The notes beneath the pieces were generated by a model, which saw only the letters and a program-made list of their open reading frames with translations, ran no database searches and was not told the DNA's origin. Below are positions 39,277 through 49,499 of a stretch of 64,000 bases of DNA, one piece after another (the first letter of the stretch is position 1; each line of letters starts with the position of its first letter). Made by a program: the position numbers and the translations under genes. Location of the stretch: assembly GCA_965277405.1 (NCBI GenBank), contig OZ255726.1, positions 1,920,001 to 1,984,000 of the forward strand. Direction: 5' to 3'. The stretch comes from Gammaproteobacteria bacterium (GTDB lineage: Bacteria; Pseudomonadota; Gammaproteobacteria; G965277405).

Positions 39277-41091
39277 ATGAGCCTCTCGCTGTTCGTGTTG
39301 GTGTTTTGCGTTGGCGGGCTTATCGTCGGTACGATCAATCGTATCGTAATTTGGCGGCAAGGAAAATCGAGCAAGCAACGGCTACCTATGCGGCTATTGT
39401 TAACAATCCCCAAACGCTATTTTGTTGATTTACACCACATTGTGATGGAAAACTCATCGATGGCATATACCCATATATTTGTCGCTGGTGGTGTTGTTGC
39501 AGCAGGCGGATTGTTGCTGGTTGGCGCTGTTATAGCATTGCCATGGTTGGTATGGCTGGCTGTCGCGGCTGTCATTAGCGTTGGTGCTGTACGGTTGCTG
39601 TTGCGCCGCCGCGGCAGGCCAATCGCGTTATCCTATGGTAGCTTTACTAATATTCCTAGGTACTTGCTATCCTTCGCATTGGGTCTGGTATTATTGTTCA
39701 GCGAATTTAACTTTTGGCTGCCATATGTTGGGGTATTGTTTGCGGTGATTGGTGGGTGGGTTATTTTCTGGTCAGGTAAACTCGATAAACCATTGAAGCA
39801 CATGATTAGTGGTGCTGTTCATTTGGCTTTCCACCCCCGCCAAGGGCGGTTTTTTAGCCAGCGCGAGGTGGCTTTGTCAAATACTGAACATGGGCTAAAT
39901 GGTGTTGCAATAATTGAAGATTTCACCTGGAATCGGATTTTAAGTTTTGATGCCTGTATTGAATGCGGGCGTTGCCAAGAGCAATGTCCGGCATTCGCAA
40001 GTGGACAGCCGCTGAACCCAAAAAAACTTATTCAAGACTTGTTGCAGGCCGCTTTGCCACAGCCAACGGCTGCATACAGCGGTGCAAATCATCCAAACCT
40101 TGCTGTAGCTGCAACCCAGGGACAACTCATTGCCGCGGAAACGCTGTTTGCCTGTACCACCTGCCGCGCATGTGTTGAAGCCTGTCCGATGATGATTGAG
40201 CACGTTGACGCTGTTGTCGATATGCGCAGGAATGCGGTCGCCAATACTGGCGCATTACCAACAAATGCTGCGTCCGCGCTGCAACAACTGCGTTACAGCG
40301 ATAGCGTTGATGGCTATGGCGCAGCAGCACGCCACAATTGGGCAGTCGATTTATCCATTGAATTTGCCACAGTCGGTACTCAATATGACGCGATTTTACT
40401 AGCTGGAGAAGCCGGCTTTGACTTACGCAATCAAAACCGTTTGCGCAACTTAGTCCAGCTTGCAACAGCGGCAGGGGTGCGGCTGGCGCTGTTAGCCAAC
40501 GAAGGGGATAGCGGCGATACTGCACGTAGGCTCGGCGATGAGCGTTTATTTCAACAAAAAGCAAGAGCATTGATGGCAACACTCGACCAGTATTCATATA
40601 CAACGTTGTTGACGTGTGACCCGCATATTTTGAATGTGATCCGCAATGAATATTGCGCACTTACCGATACACCGCTACCCATTCAACACCATAGCGCGTT
40701 TTTATTAGCACTAATTCAACAAAAAAAACTATCTGTTGCCCCGTTGAATCAAACAATGACATACCATGACCCGTGTTATTTAGGGCGGTATAATGGTGAA
40801 TTTGCAGCACCGCGAGAGCTGTTGCAGGCGTTGGGGGTCGATGTACAAGAAATGCAACGCAGCCAGAAAAAATCTCGATGTTGTGGCTGGGGCGGCGGTG
40901 CAGTTTTTAGCGATATACCTGGTAAACAACGCATTCCAGATATGCGGATGGATGATGTGCGCGCAACCAACACGAACTGTGTTGCCGTTGCCTGCCCGAA
41001 TTGCTCGATAATGTTGGAGGGGGTGGTCGAACCGCGCCCGCAGGTGATTGACATCGTCGATTTAACCTATCAAGCAGCGATATTCCCATGA
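39277..41091 (+). CDS. dgcB: Dimethylglycine demethylation protein DgcB (membrane Fe-S oxidoreductase, CCG domain)
   Basis: PKRYFVDLHH, CIECGRCQEQCP, CTTCRACVEACP, YHDPCYLGR, CCGWGGG. Confidence 0.88.
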   Translation: MSLSLFVLVFCVGGLIVGTINRIVIWRQGKSSKQRLPMRLLLTIPKRYFVDLHHIVMENSSMAYTHIFVAGGVVAAGGLLLVGAVIALPWLVWLAVAAVISVGAVRLLLRRRGRPIALSYGSFTNIPRYLLSFALGLVLLFSEFNFWLPYVGVLFAVIGGWVIFWSGKLDKPLKHMISGAVHLAFHPRQGRFFSQREVALSNTEHGLNGVAIIEDFTWNRILSFDACIECGRCQEQCPAFASGQPLNPKKLIQDLLQAALPQPTAAYSGANHPNLAVAATQGQLIAAETLFACTTCRACVEACPMMIEHVDAVVDMRRNAVANTGALPTNAASALQQLRYSDSVDGYGAAARHNWAVDLSIEFATVGTQYDAILLAGEAGFDLRNQNRLRNLVQLATAAGVRLALLANEGDSGDTARRLGDERLFQQKARALMATLDQYSYTTLLTCDPHILNVIRNEYCALTDTPLPIQHHSAFLLALIQQKKLSVAPLNQTMTYHDPCYLGRYNGEFAAPRELLQALGVDVQEMQRSQKKSRCCGWGGGAVFSDIPGKQRIPDMRMDDVRATNTNCVAVACPNCSIMLEGVVEPRPQVIDIVDLTYQAAIFP

Positions 41092-42203
41092 CGTTGCGTA
41101 AAAATCCTCGAGCGCGCGACCAAGGATATATTGCGGCTAATGGCATAAAACGTATTGCGCGTATGCGCGATATAAGCGGCGAGCAACTGGCTGGTGCTGC
41201 CCAGGTTAGCACAGACTTACAACAGCGCCGCTCAATTGTGCCAACGCGTTGGGTTATGGCCGTCTTGCAGAGCAAAGGTGGCTCGTTCGATACCCTAGAC
41301 CGTGAAGTTGTGTATAGCGCGCAAGCAGTCGCACAACAAATTGATAAAAACAGCGTTGGGGTGGTGGTGGTGGTCTTTGGTCAAACCACTGAGGACTTGG
41401 GTGCGCTGGGGGCAGATACTGCGGTAGTCGTTGCGTATGACATCACCGAGCATTGCCAACCTGAACTGCAGGTGGGGACACTTGCGACTGTAGTTGCTGA
41501 ATATTCACCACATTTGATATTTTTCGGTGAGAGTGATTGGGGTGATAGCGACATTATCCGCAGGTATGCAGCGTTAAGTCAAATTCCTTTTGCAAATGCG
41601 GTCATACAGCTTTCGTGTGACCATGTTACCCGCCAAATTAACAACGGCTGGGGCTATCAAACAGCTGCTATTGCTGCAAATACACCAATGTTGATTGCTT
41701 TAACCGCAGGGGTGAGCAGCGGCGCGTTGGAAGTTGCGTGCGCTACCCAAATCGCAACGCTGGCAGTCGCCATCGACACAGCCAACCGGGCATACCGGTT
41801 GAGTGCCGATGCGATTGCTCTTGAAGAAGCTCCATTAATTCTTTCTGCGGGAAACGGCGTTGCTGACATTGCTACATTTCAACGCTGTGCGGCAGCGCTG
41901 GATGCAACAATTGGCGCAAGTAGGGTTGTAGTTGATGATGGCAAACTACCAAGGGACCGTCAAGTTGGCGCGACAGGAAAAACAGTACAAGCAACAGTGT
42001 ATGTTGGCTTGGGAATTTCAGGGGCTGTGCAGCACTTGCAAGGAATTAAAAACTGCGAAGTTGTGGTGGCGGTGAACACCGATGAATCGGCAGCGTTGGT
42101 CAACCGCGCAGATATTGCAATCATTCATGATGCGGGAGAAATTATGGAGGCGTTGATAACGTTAACCCAGCAGCAACATGCGCCATTGGAGCGGCACGGA
42201 TGA
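41088..42203 (+). CDS. etfA: Electron transfer flavoprotein alpha subunit
   Basis: GASRVVVD.G, QVGATG, GISGAVQHLQG, VAVNTD. Confidence 0.88.
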   Translation: MTLRKNPRARDQGYIAANGIKRIARMRDISGEQLAGAAQVSTDLQQRRSIVPTRWVMAVLQSKGGSFDTLDREVVYSAQAVAQQIDKNSVGVVVVVFGQTTEDLGALGADTAVVVAYDITEHCQPELQVGTLATVVAEYSPHLIFFGESDWGDSDIIRRYAALSQIPFANAVIQLSCDHVTRQINNGWGYQTAAIAANTPMLIALTAGVSSGALEVACATQIATLAVAIDTANRAYRLSADAIALEEAPLILSAGNGVADIATFQRCAAALDATIGASRVVVDDGKLPRDRQVGATGKTVQATVYVGLGISGAVQHLQGIKNCEVVVAVNTDESAALVNRADIAIIHDAGEIMEALITLTQQQHAPLERHG

Positions 42204-42949
42204 AAATAGTTTGCGCGCTGTCGCTGGCGTTACACCCGCGTTCAAAGCAGTTAATGCCGTCGCCAAACGATATCCAAGCCTGCGCGTTGGCGTTGCAAAT
42301 GACCAACGCAGCCAACATCAGCTATTTTCACGTAGGTCCTGACTCAGCAGCGTTGCGAGATTATTTTGGGTTTGGTATTCACGCTATTAGCCATTGCACA
42401 GCTGATGATGCGGTAGTCGCCGCTGCAATTGCTGCATATGTTAGCAAACAAGGTGCGAATATGTTGGTAACAGGTTACCGAGGCATGCAGCATCTTGGCA
42501 CAGGCATGCTGCCGTATACAGTAGCGCAACAACTCCAATGGCCGATGATTGCTGCGGCATTAGAGATTACAGCTGGCAACGTATTGCAATACTTGCCGTC
42601 AGGGAGCAGACGGGTAGTTTCACTGCCACAGCATGCAGTATTGAGCGTGCATAACGCCTCGCCACTTGCCCTACATTTTGCGGCTGGAAAAGTTGGTGTT
42701 TCTGAAAACAAAATACATAAATTTACATATACTGGTACGGCAGACCAGCTTGATAAATTGGTTTGGAATACCTTAGACACTAAGTTCGTGCGGCGTCGCC
42801 TCACGATTCAATCGAGTAAAAAAGGACACGAGCGCATGCTGCAGGCAGTTGGGGTAACAAGCAAAAAAGGAGAGATTATCCGCGATGGTAGTGCTTTGGA
42901 AAAAGCACAAATTATTCTTGATATATTAGCCAAAAAACGGTTGCGATGA
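42200..42949 (+). CDS. etfB: Electron transfer flavoprotein beta-like subunit
   Basis: HP.S, ALRDY.G.G, G.GMLPY motifs; coupled to etfA as in dgc clusters. Confidence 0.78.
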   Translation: MKIVCALSLALHPRSKQLMPSPNDIQACALALQMTNAANISYFHVGPDSAALRDYFGFGIHAISHCTADDAVVAAAIAAYVSKQGANMLVTGYRGMQHLGTGMLPYTVAQQLQWPMIAAALEITAGNVLQYLPSGSRRVVSLPQHAVLSVHNASPLALHFAAGKVGVSENKIHKFTYTGTADQLDKLVWNTLDTKFVRRRLTIQSSKKGHERMLQAVGVTSKKGEIIRDGSALEKAQIILDILAKKRLR

Positions 42950-43039
42950 TGAAGAATCAAAACAGATGATGAAGAATCAAAACAGCAGCCTAGCTACAAC
43001 TACATGTCTTATACAACCGTATAATGGTAAGGGAACACT

Positions 43040-44287
43040 ATGAAATATTCATGGGCAAGTTTGCTCAAAGCAGGAATTATTGGTCAACGAGCATGGAAAA
43101 TGGCTTGGGGAAACCCTGCGTTAAAACCAGAATACGATGTAGTTATTATAGGTGGCGGTGGGCATGGGCTGGCGAGCGCGTATTACCTCGCACGCGATTT
43201 TCCTGATAAAAAAATAGCAGTACTTGAAAAAAGCTGGATTGGTGGCGGCAATACTGGGCGGAATACCACGATTGTGCGTTCAAATTATTTAATGGACGCA
43301 TCTGCACGGCTGTATAATCATTCACTCAAGCTGTATACAGGGCTTTCGCAAGAACTGGGGTTTAACATTATGTTCAGCCAACGCGGCGTCTATAACCTTG
43401 CACATAGTTTGCCAGATATGCGTGAGATGGAACGCCGTGCCAATGCCTGTTGGCTGAATGGAATTAATGTTGAATTGCTAACACCAGCAGAGCTTAAAAA
43501 TCGCGTGCCAATTATCGATATCAGCGCCAATATGCGCTATCCAATTCTTGGCACGCTATACCAAGGAGATGGTGGTATAGCTCGTCATGATGCGGTTGCA
43601 TGGGGTCTGGCACACGGTGCTGCCAGGCTGGGGGTTGATATTATCCAAAACTGTGAAGTAACAGGGTTTGAGATTGAGGCTGGCAAAGTGAAAGGCGTGA
43701 AAACCAGCTTAGGTTATGTCAAGACACCACAAATTGGTTGTGCGGTAGCGGGTCATTCGAGTGTTATCGCCGCAATGGCAGGGCTTAGATTGCCGATAGA
43801 AAGCCACTCATTACAAGCATTTGTCTCTGAACCAATGCAGCCTGTGCTGGATACGGTAATCATGTCAAACGCAGTGCACGGCTATATTAGTCAATCGGAT
43901 AAAGGCGATCTAGTGATTGGGGCGGGTATTGAAGCATATAACAGCTATACGCAACGCGGCGGACCACGAATTATTGAGCATTGCGCTGCGGCAATTTTGC
44001 AGTTATTCCCGATTTTTTCACGAGCAAGAATTAATAGGCAATGGGCTGGTATTGTTGATATTTGCCCTGATGCAAGCCCGATAATTAGTAAAACAAGTAT
44101 TGAAGGTTTGTATTTTAATTGCGGCTGGGGGACAGGTGGCTTTAAAGCAATACCTGGGTCTGGTCATGTATTTGCGCATACGATTGCCCAAGATGAACCG
44201 CACGAGCTTGCCCAACCATACCAACTTGATCGGTTCACATCTGGAGCGATTATTGATGAACATGGTGCAGCAGGCGTAGCACATTAA
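43040..44287 (+). CDS. soxB: Sarcosine oxidase beta subunit
   Basis: IIGGGGHGLA.AYYLA, GGGNTGRNTTIVRSNY, GWGTGGFKA.PGSG, IDEHGAAGVAH. Confidence 0.95.
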   Translation: MKYSWASLLKAGIIGQRAWKMAWGNPALKPEYDVVIIGGGGHGLASAYYLARDFPDKKIAVLEKSWIGGGNTGRNTTIVRSNYLMDASARLYNHSLKLYTGLSQELGFNIMFSQRGVYNLAHSLPDMREMERRANACWLNGINVELLTPAELKNRVPIIDISANMRYPILGTLYQGDGGIARHDAVAWGLAHGAARLGVDIIQNCEVTGFEIEAGKVKGVKTSLGYVKTPQIGCAVAGHSSVIAAMAGLRLPIESHSLQAFVSEPMQPVLDTVIMSNAVHGYISQSDKGDLVIGAGIEAYNSYTQRGGPRIIEHCAAAILQLFPIFSRARINRQWAGIVDICPDASPIISKTSIEGLYFNCGWGTGGFKAIPGSGHVFAHTIAQDEPHELAQPYQLDRFTSGAIIDEHGAAGVAH

Positions 44288-44313
44288 ATCAGCGAGCTAA
44301 CTTTAAGGACAAC

Positions 44314-44604
44314 ATGATGTTAAAAATACGATGCCCATATTGCAACGAAGAGCGTGAAGAAAAAGACTTTGCGTATGCTGGAGAAGCTTTTATTCAGCGC
44401 CCTGTTGACCCTGTTGATCAAAACAATATTGCTGATCAGCAATGGGGTGCATATCTATTCCAACGAGAAAACCCGCAAGGCAATATCCATGAGCAATGGA
44501 TACACAATACTGGCTGCCGTAAAATGTTTGTGGTAACGAGAAGCACAATAGATAACGCTATTAAACAAGTAAGAAAATTTAGTGAGTGTGAGGAAGGCTT
44601 GTGA
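44314..44604 (+). CDS. soxD: Sarcosine oxidase delta subunit
   Basis: CPYC...R.E..F.Y.GEA.I.RP, R.NP.G, W.H..GC zinc site. Confidence 0.93.
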   Translation: MMLKIRCPYCNEEREEKDFAYAGEAFIQRPVDPVDQNNIADQQWGAYLFQRENPQGNIHEQWIHNTGCRKMFVVTRSTIDNAIKQVRKFSECEEGL

Positions 44605-47582
44605 AACGTTTGCCAAGACAACTCAACGAACGGCTGGATCGCACCCAGCCGCTTACATTTACCTGGCGAGATAAACGCTATCAAGCATTTGTAGGTGACA
44701 CACTCGCCTCGGCACTGCTTGCAAACAATATTAAAATAGTTGGACGGAGTTTTAAATATGGCAGGCATCGTGGAGTTTTGGATGCTGGAGTAGCAGAGCC
44801 AAATGCGCTGGCAACTATAGAAAACTATGGGTTTCACACCCCAAATGCGCGGGCAACAGAAGTCGAAATGTACGAACGCCTAGCCGCGCATCCAGCAACG
44901 GGCAAGCCTAGCTTACAATTTGACATTCGTGCGTTTATGGCGCCGTTTCATCGCTTCATGGCTGCAGGGTTTTATTACAAAACATTCAAATGGCCTGCAA
45001 GTCTATGGCCATGGTATGAAAAACGCTTGCGTTCATTTACTGGATTTTCTAAGGCCCCCGCATATCCTGATAGCGAAACATATGACCGCTTACACCACCA
45101 TGTGGATGTATTAGTCGTCGGGGCTGGCATTGCGGGGATTACAGCTGCGCTGGAATGCGCAGCGCAAGGTTGTCGCGTCTTGATACTAGAACACCGCAGT
45201 TACATTGGTGGTGAATGTTTGCTTGATGTGTCTACACAAGCTGATGTACGCAAAGCTTTTGCAACAAAATCAGCAGCATTGTATCAACATCAACATATCG
45301 AAGTATTGACAAGCACGACTGCGTATGCGCTATTTGATGCAAATTTAGTCCATGCGCTGGAATTACGCCACGCACATTTGCCGTTGATAGCGCGCAAAAA
45401 AAATCAATCGAGCCAGCGCGTACATAAAATCAGAGCGCAATATATTGTGTTGGCCGCCGGCGCCCATGAGCGACCAATGATGTTTGCCAACAATGATACC
45501 CCAGGCTCAATGCTTGTCAGCGCAGCCAGACGGTATGCGCATATGCATGCAGTACTCGTTGGTGATGCCCCAGTTATTTATGGCAATAATGACAGTATTT
45601 ATGCTGCGGCAAAAGACTTTATGACCATGAATGTCATCCCGATAGTGATCGATGTGCGGACAGGGTATGACGCGCATGAAATCGAAGAGCAAGGTGCCGT
45701 CGTTTGGCAAGGGTATGCGATAACTGGGATTAAACGTGCGCAACATGCGGTGGCCGGAATACGCGTTTCACAGATAGAATTTGATGGTGATTCCTGGAAC
45801 ATAAACCACAGCGCACACCACAACATTCCGTGTAATGTTCTCTTACATTCTGGTGGTTTTAACCCTGTTGTCCACCTTGACTGCCATACTGGGAGCAAGC
45901 CGGTGTACGACGCGCAGATCCGCGCGTTTGTACCTACTAATGATAGCGCAGACCGCTGCGTAACTGGTAGCGCCAATGGCTTGAGTGATTGGCGTCAATG
46001 TATGGATGATGGCAGCAATGCTGCGCGCAAAGCATTGACAATGCTCGGCAAACATCCTAGTAGGGCAAAAAGTATACATAGAACAACGTTGAACGTTGCC
46101 GATTTTATATACAGCGGCAAGAATAAAAACATCTTCGTCGATATGCAAAACGACGTCACAGTCGACGATATGAAATTAGCAATTCGCGAAAACTATCAAT
46201 CAATCGAGCATATTAAACGCTATACAACGCTCGGTTTTGGCACAGATCAAGGTAAAACAGGGAATGTAAACGGGGTGGCAATCGCTGCGGATACGCAAGG
46301 ATTGTCAATGAGTGAAATTGGCACGACAACGTTTCGACCGAATTATACACCTGTAGCGCTTGGGGCACTTGCAGCAGAAGATGCCACCGAATTGTTCGCC
46401 CCATCACGCCTAACACCAATCCACGAATGGCATATGCAATTGCCAGTGGAATGGGAAAACGTCGGACAATGGAAACGCCCATTTTGTTATCCACAACCAG
46501 GAGAAACGCAACACGATGCTGTGCAGCGTGAATGCATGGCGCTGAGGACCGGCGTGGCAATGACCGACGCGTCAACGCTTGGGAAAATAACTATATTCGG
46601 CCCCGATGCCCGCGAGTTGCTGGCGCGAGTATATACCAATAATTGGGCGAAACTTGCGCCTGGAAGTTGTCGGTATGGGGTGATGTGCGATGAAAATGGT
46701 ATGATTTTTGATGATGGTGTCACCTCGTGCATCGATGATGAGCATTTTATCATGACAACCACAACTGGTGGCGCATTGCATGTTTTTCTATGGTTAGAAT
46801 CTTGGTTGCAGCAACAATGGTCAGAATTACAAGTATACGTGACCAGTGCAACGGATCATTGGTCCACTATCGGGCTGGGTGGTCCAAAATCGCGCAAAGT
46901 CATCCAAAAAGTATGTGATGACATCGATTTTAGTCCTGAAAAATTTTCTTTTATGCAGTGGCGTCAAGGGACTGTTGCCGGCGTTGCTGCACGGGTGATG
47001 CAGATTAGTTTCTCTGGTGAGTTGACGTATGAAGTGAACGTGCAAGCAAATTACGCCCGTGGCGTATGGGAAGCAATATACGCAGCTGCTGAAGAATTTG
47101 CAGTAACAAGCTATGGCACAGAGGCGGCACACGTGCTGCGTGCGGAAAAAGGCTTTGTCATTGTTGGGCAAGATACAGACGGAACAGCGACACCATTCGA
47201 CATGAACATGGGCTGGGCTGTGAATATGAATAAGCCATACCCGTTTCTTGGGCAACGCTCATTGATGCGCAGCGACACGGCAAGAACAGGCCGCAAGCAG
47301 CTGGTTGGATTATTGCCAAACAACGAAACAACAGTTGTGCCTGAAGGCGCACAACTTGTCAACGGCGCATTTGGCAATGCGATGATTGGGCATGTAACGT
47401 CAAGTTATTACAGCGCAATTCTTGGTCATCCTATTGCACTGGCAATGGTGGCAGATGGGCTTGAGCGCATAGGAGATACCGTGTATGCGCGGCATATTGG
47501 TTCAGAAAACCCAGTCGCCATGACACTGGTAGATTCGGTATTTTACGATAAAAATCGGGAGCGCATCAATGGTGAAGTTTGA
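44601..47582 (+). CDS. soxA: Sarcosine oxidase alpha subunit
   Basis: GDTLASALLAN, GRSFKY.R.RG, KRYTT.GFGTDQGK, D.STLGKI, SFSGEL.YE, LRAEKG. Confidence 0.95.
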   Translation: MKRLPRQLNERLDRTQPLTFTWRDKRYQAFVGDTLASALLANNIKIVGRSFKYGRHRGVLDAGVAEPNALATIENYGFHTPNARATEVEMYERLAAHPATGKPSLQFDIRAFMAPFHRFMAAGFYYKTFKWPASLWPWYEKRLRSFTGFSKAPAYPDSETYDRLHHHVDVLVVGAGIAGITAALECAAQGCRVLILEHRSYIGGECLLDVSTQADVRKAFATKSAALYQHQHIEVLTSTTAYALFDANLVHALELRHAHLPLIARKKNQSSQRVHKIRAQYIVLAAGAHERPMMFANNDTPGSMLVSAARRYAHMHAVLVGDAPVIYGNNDSIYAAAKDFMTMNVIPIVIDVRTGYDAHEIEEQGAVVWQGYAITGIKRAQHAVAGIRVSQIEFDGDSWNINHSAHHNIPCNVLLHSGGFNPVVHLDCHTGSKPVYDAQIRAFVPTNDSADRCVTGSANGLSDWRQCMDDGSNAARKALTMLGKHPSRAKSIHRTTLNVADFIYSGKNKNIFVDMQNDVTVDDMKLAIRENYQSIEHIKRYTTLGFGTDQGKTGNVNGVAIAADTQGLSMSEIGTTTFRPNYTPVALGALAAEDATELFAPSRLTPIHEWHMQLPVEWENVGQWKRPFCYPQPGETQHDAVQRECMALRTGVAMTDASTLGKITIFGPDARELLARVYTNNWAKLAPGSCRYGVMCDENGMIFDDGVTSCIDDEHFIMTTTTGGALHVFLWLESWLQQQWSELQVYVTSATDHWSTIGLGGPKSRKVIQKVCDDIDFSPEKFSFMQWRQGTVAGVAARVMQISFSGELTYEVNVQANYARGVWEAIYAAAEEFAVTSYGTEAAHVLRAEKGFVIVGQDTDGTATPFDMNMGWAVNMNKPYPFLGQRSLMRSDTARTGRKQLVGLLPNNETTVVPEGAQLVNGAFGNAMIGHVTSSYYSAILGHPIALAMVADGLERIGDTVYARHIGSENPVAMTLVDSVFYDKNRERINGEV

Positions 47583-48129
47583 AACCGCATTTGAACACGC
47601 ACAATTAGAGACGCTCAATAACAAGTCATTTAACCTAGTTGAATTGCGCGATATTGGGACAATTGTTATCCGCGTTCAGCCTGAGGATGTTGCAGCAGCT
47701 CAAGTTCTGCAAGTTGAGAACATGCAGCTACCAAAACCGCTCCAAGTCACAGGAACTATGGACAGCGTGTTGACGATGTGGCTTGGTCCTGACGAATATC
47801 TGGCGCTATTGCCGCGTGTCGCCGTCGATACCATGATGACCACCTTAAATACTGGGTTTAAAGGCATGTTCGCCCACGCTATTGATAATTCTGGCACATT
47901 TGCGCTGTTGCAGTTGAGTGGTAAAAAGCTACTAGAAGTTTTGCGCAAGCATATCCAATATGATGTAGAGCGCGGTTTTCCAAGCGGCAAAGTCATTACT
48001 ACCCACTGGGGCAGTGCTGCAATTATTGTTCATCGCATCGATGCAAATACCATTGTATGGATGGTGCGTTGGTCATTCGCCGATTACGCGTTGCGCTTAC
48101 TTGAACACGCGGTCCAAGAATATAAATAG
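47569..48129 (+). CDS. soxG: Sarcosine oxidase gamma subunit
   Basis: WLGPDE.L, D.S, VRWSFADY; follows soxA. Confidence 0.88.
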   Translation: MVKFETAFEHAQLETLNNKSFNLVELRDIGTIVIRVQPEDVAAAQVLQVENMQLPKPLQVTGTMDSVLTMWLGPDEYLALLPRVAVDTMMTTLNTGFKGMFAHAIDNSGTFALLQLSGKKLLEVLRKHIQYDVERGFPSGKVITTHWGSAAIIVHRIDANTIVWMVRWSFADYALRLLEHAVQEYK

Positions 48130-48133
48130 CAGC

Positions 48134-48901
48134 ATGTTAACAACTGTGCGTGCTCCAGCTATAAAGCAACCAGAAGGCAAAGCGTATCTTGATACCGTCG
48201 TCATCGAAGCTCCACTTGAGATGCGGATCATTGATACTACTACTAATCTTGAGCATCGCCTCGCAGTGACGTTACGCACACCAGGCAATGACGCAGCGTT
48301 ACTGCTTGGATATTTACACAGCGAAGGCATTATTACCAACGTCGATAATGTCGTGATTGACCAGCCACAAGACCAGATAATCCGCGCACGGCTGCCCCAT
48401 GATGCAGTATTTAAGGCAGGGCTGGTGCAACGGCGCGGCTATATGCACGGTGGCTGTGGCGTGTGTGGCAAAACAATGCTTGAGGGAATAATGTTGCAGC
48501 CGCGGCAGGAGATGCACGCAAAAGTGCAATATGACCAACACTGGCAACACGTGATTGAAAAGGCAATCCACCAACAGCTGTTATTCAGCAAAACCGGCGG
48601 CACCCATGCCGTAGCGTTGTTCGATACAAACAAACAGCTGCTGACATTGCAAGAAGACGTTGGCAGACATAATGCGTTTGACAAAGCCGTTGGTGAACAA
48701 TTGCTCACGCATGCATCGGCAACTGTTGCCTGGGTAAGTGCCCGCGCTGGGTTTGAGTTGGTGCAAAAGTCGGTTATGGCAGGAATATCTATGCTCGTCG
48801 CTGTAGGCGCGACAACTTCTTTTGCATTAGAGCTTGCAGAGGAGTATAATATGACAATCGTGGCTTTTGCCCGAGATACAGCAGCGAATATATACGGTTA
48901 G
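48134..48901 (+). CDS. fdhD: Formate dehydrogenase sulfurtransferase FdhD/FdsC
   Basis: E.PLE, RTPG.D, CGVCG, TGGTHA, EDVGRHNA.DK. Confidence 0.9.
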   Translation: MLTTVRAPAIKQPEGKAYLDTVVIEAPLEMRIIDTTTNLEHRLAVTLRTPGNDAALLLGYLHSEGIITNVDNVVIDQPQDQIIRARLPHDAVFKAGLVQRRGYMHGGCGVCGKTMLEGIMLQPRQEMHAKVQYDQHWQHVIEKAIHQQLLFSKTGGTHAVALFDTNKQLLTLQEDVGRHNAFDKAVGEQLLTHASATVAWVSARAGFELVQKSVMAGISMLVAVGATTSFALELAEEYNMTIVAFARDTAANIYG

Positions 48902-49081
48902 TTTTGTTCAACGCAAACGGTCAAGGGGAGTATAACAGACAATAAATAACGCTCGTATTGCGGAATTCCTCAACGAGCACGGCTTGCTCAATAATAGATT
49001 GGACCGACGCAATTTGTTTTGACAAACTTTTTTTATAAGCGGTGCAGAATACATAGCTATTAGGAACTGTTAGGAACTGTA

Positions 49082-49471
49082 ATGAAGGTAAGAACATTTG
49101 AGAACAGTATTCGGCTACGCTTAAAAGTAGATGAAGTTCGTAGACTATGCGAATTGCAAACAGTTGCAGCCGCGCTGCATTTTTGTGAAGGTAGCGATCA
49201 CAGCAAGTTGATATTCACTTTAACAGCCAGCTTAAATGCTGGCGCAGCAGTGCGTTTTAGCAATGCAACAGTTGCGATGGCTATTCCAAGTGCCGATATC
49301 GCAGGTTGGTTGGCAAATCAAACAGTCGGTTTTACCTATAGCGTTGGTAGCGTCCATCCCCTTGAGTTGATTGTTGAAAAAGACTTCCCCTGCCTTGCTG
49401 ATATACCGCAGCGCAAGCCCAGCGAAGATGCAGATTCATTTGCGCGTATTTCGCCAGGAGCAGTAGATTAA
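49082..49471 (+). CDS. Conserved-looking hypothetical protein
   Basis: 129 aa, AGGA RBS, MK.R...NSIRLRL...EV and L.VEKDF.CL motifs. Confidence 0.7.
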   Translation: MKVRTFENSIRLRLKVDEVRRLCELQTVAAALHFCEGSDHSKLIFTLTASLNAGAAVRFSNATVAMAIPSADIAGWLANQTVGFTYSVGSVHPLELIVEKDFPCLADIPQRKPSEDADSFARISPGAVD

Positions 49472-49499
49472 TTCCTTATGCAAGAAACGCCATCATTAT

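Noticed and set aside
48902-49081. Moco riboswitch before the mobA/fds genes
   Set aside because: Only a GCTCGT...ACGAGC hairpin; Moco RNA consensus elements not seen (an Infernal/Rfam search would settle it)
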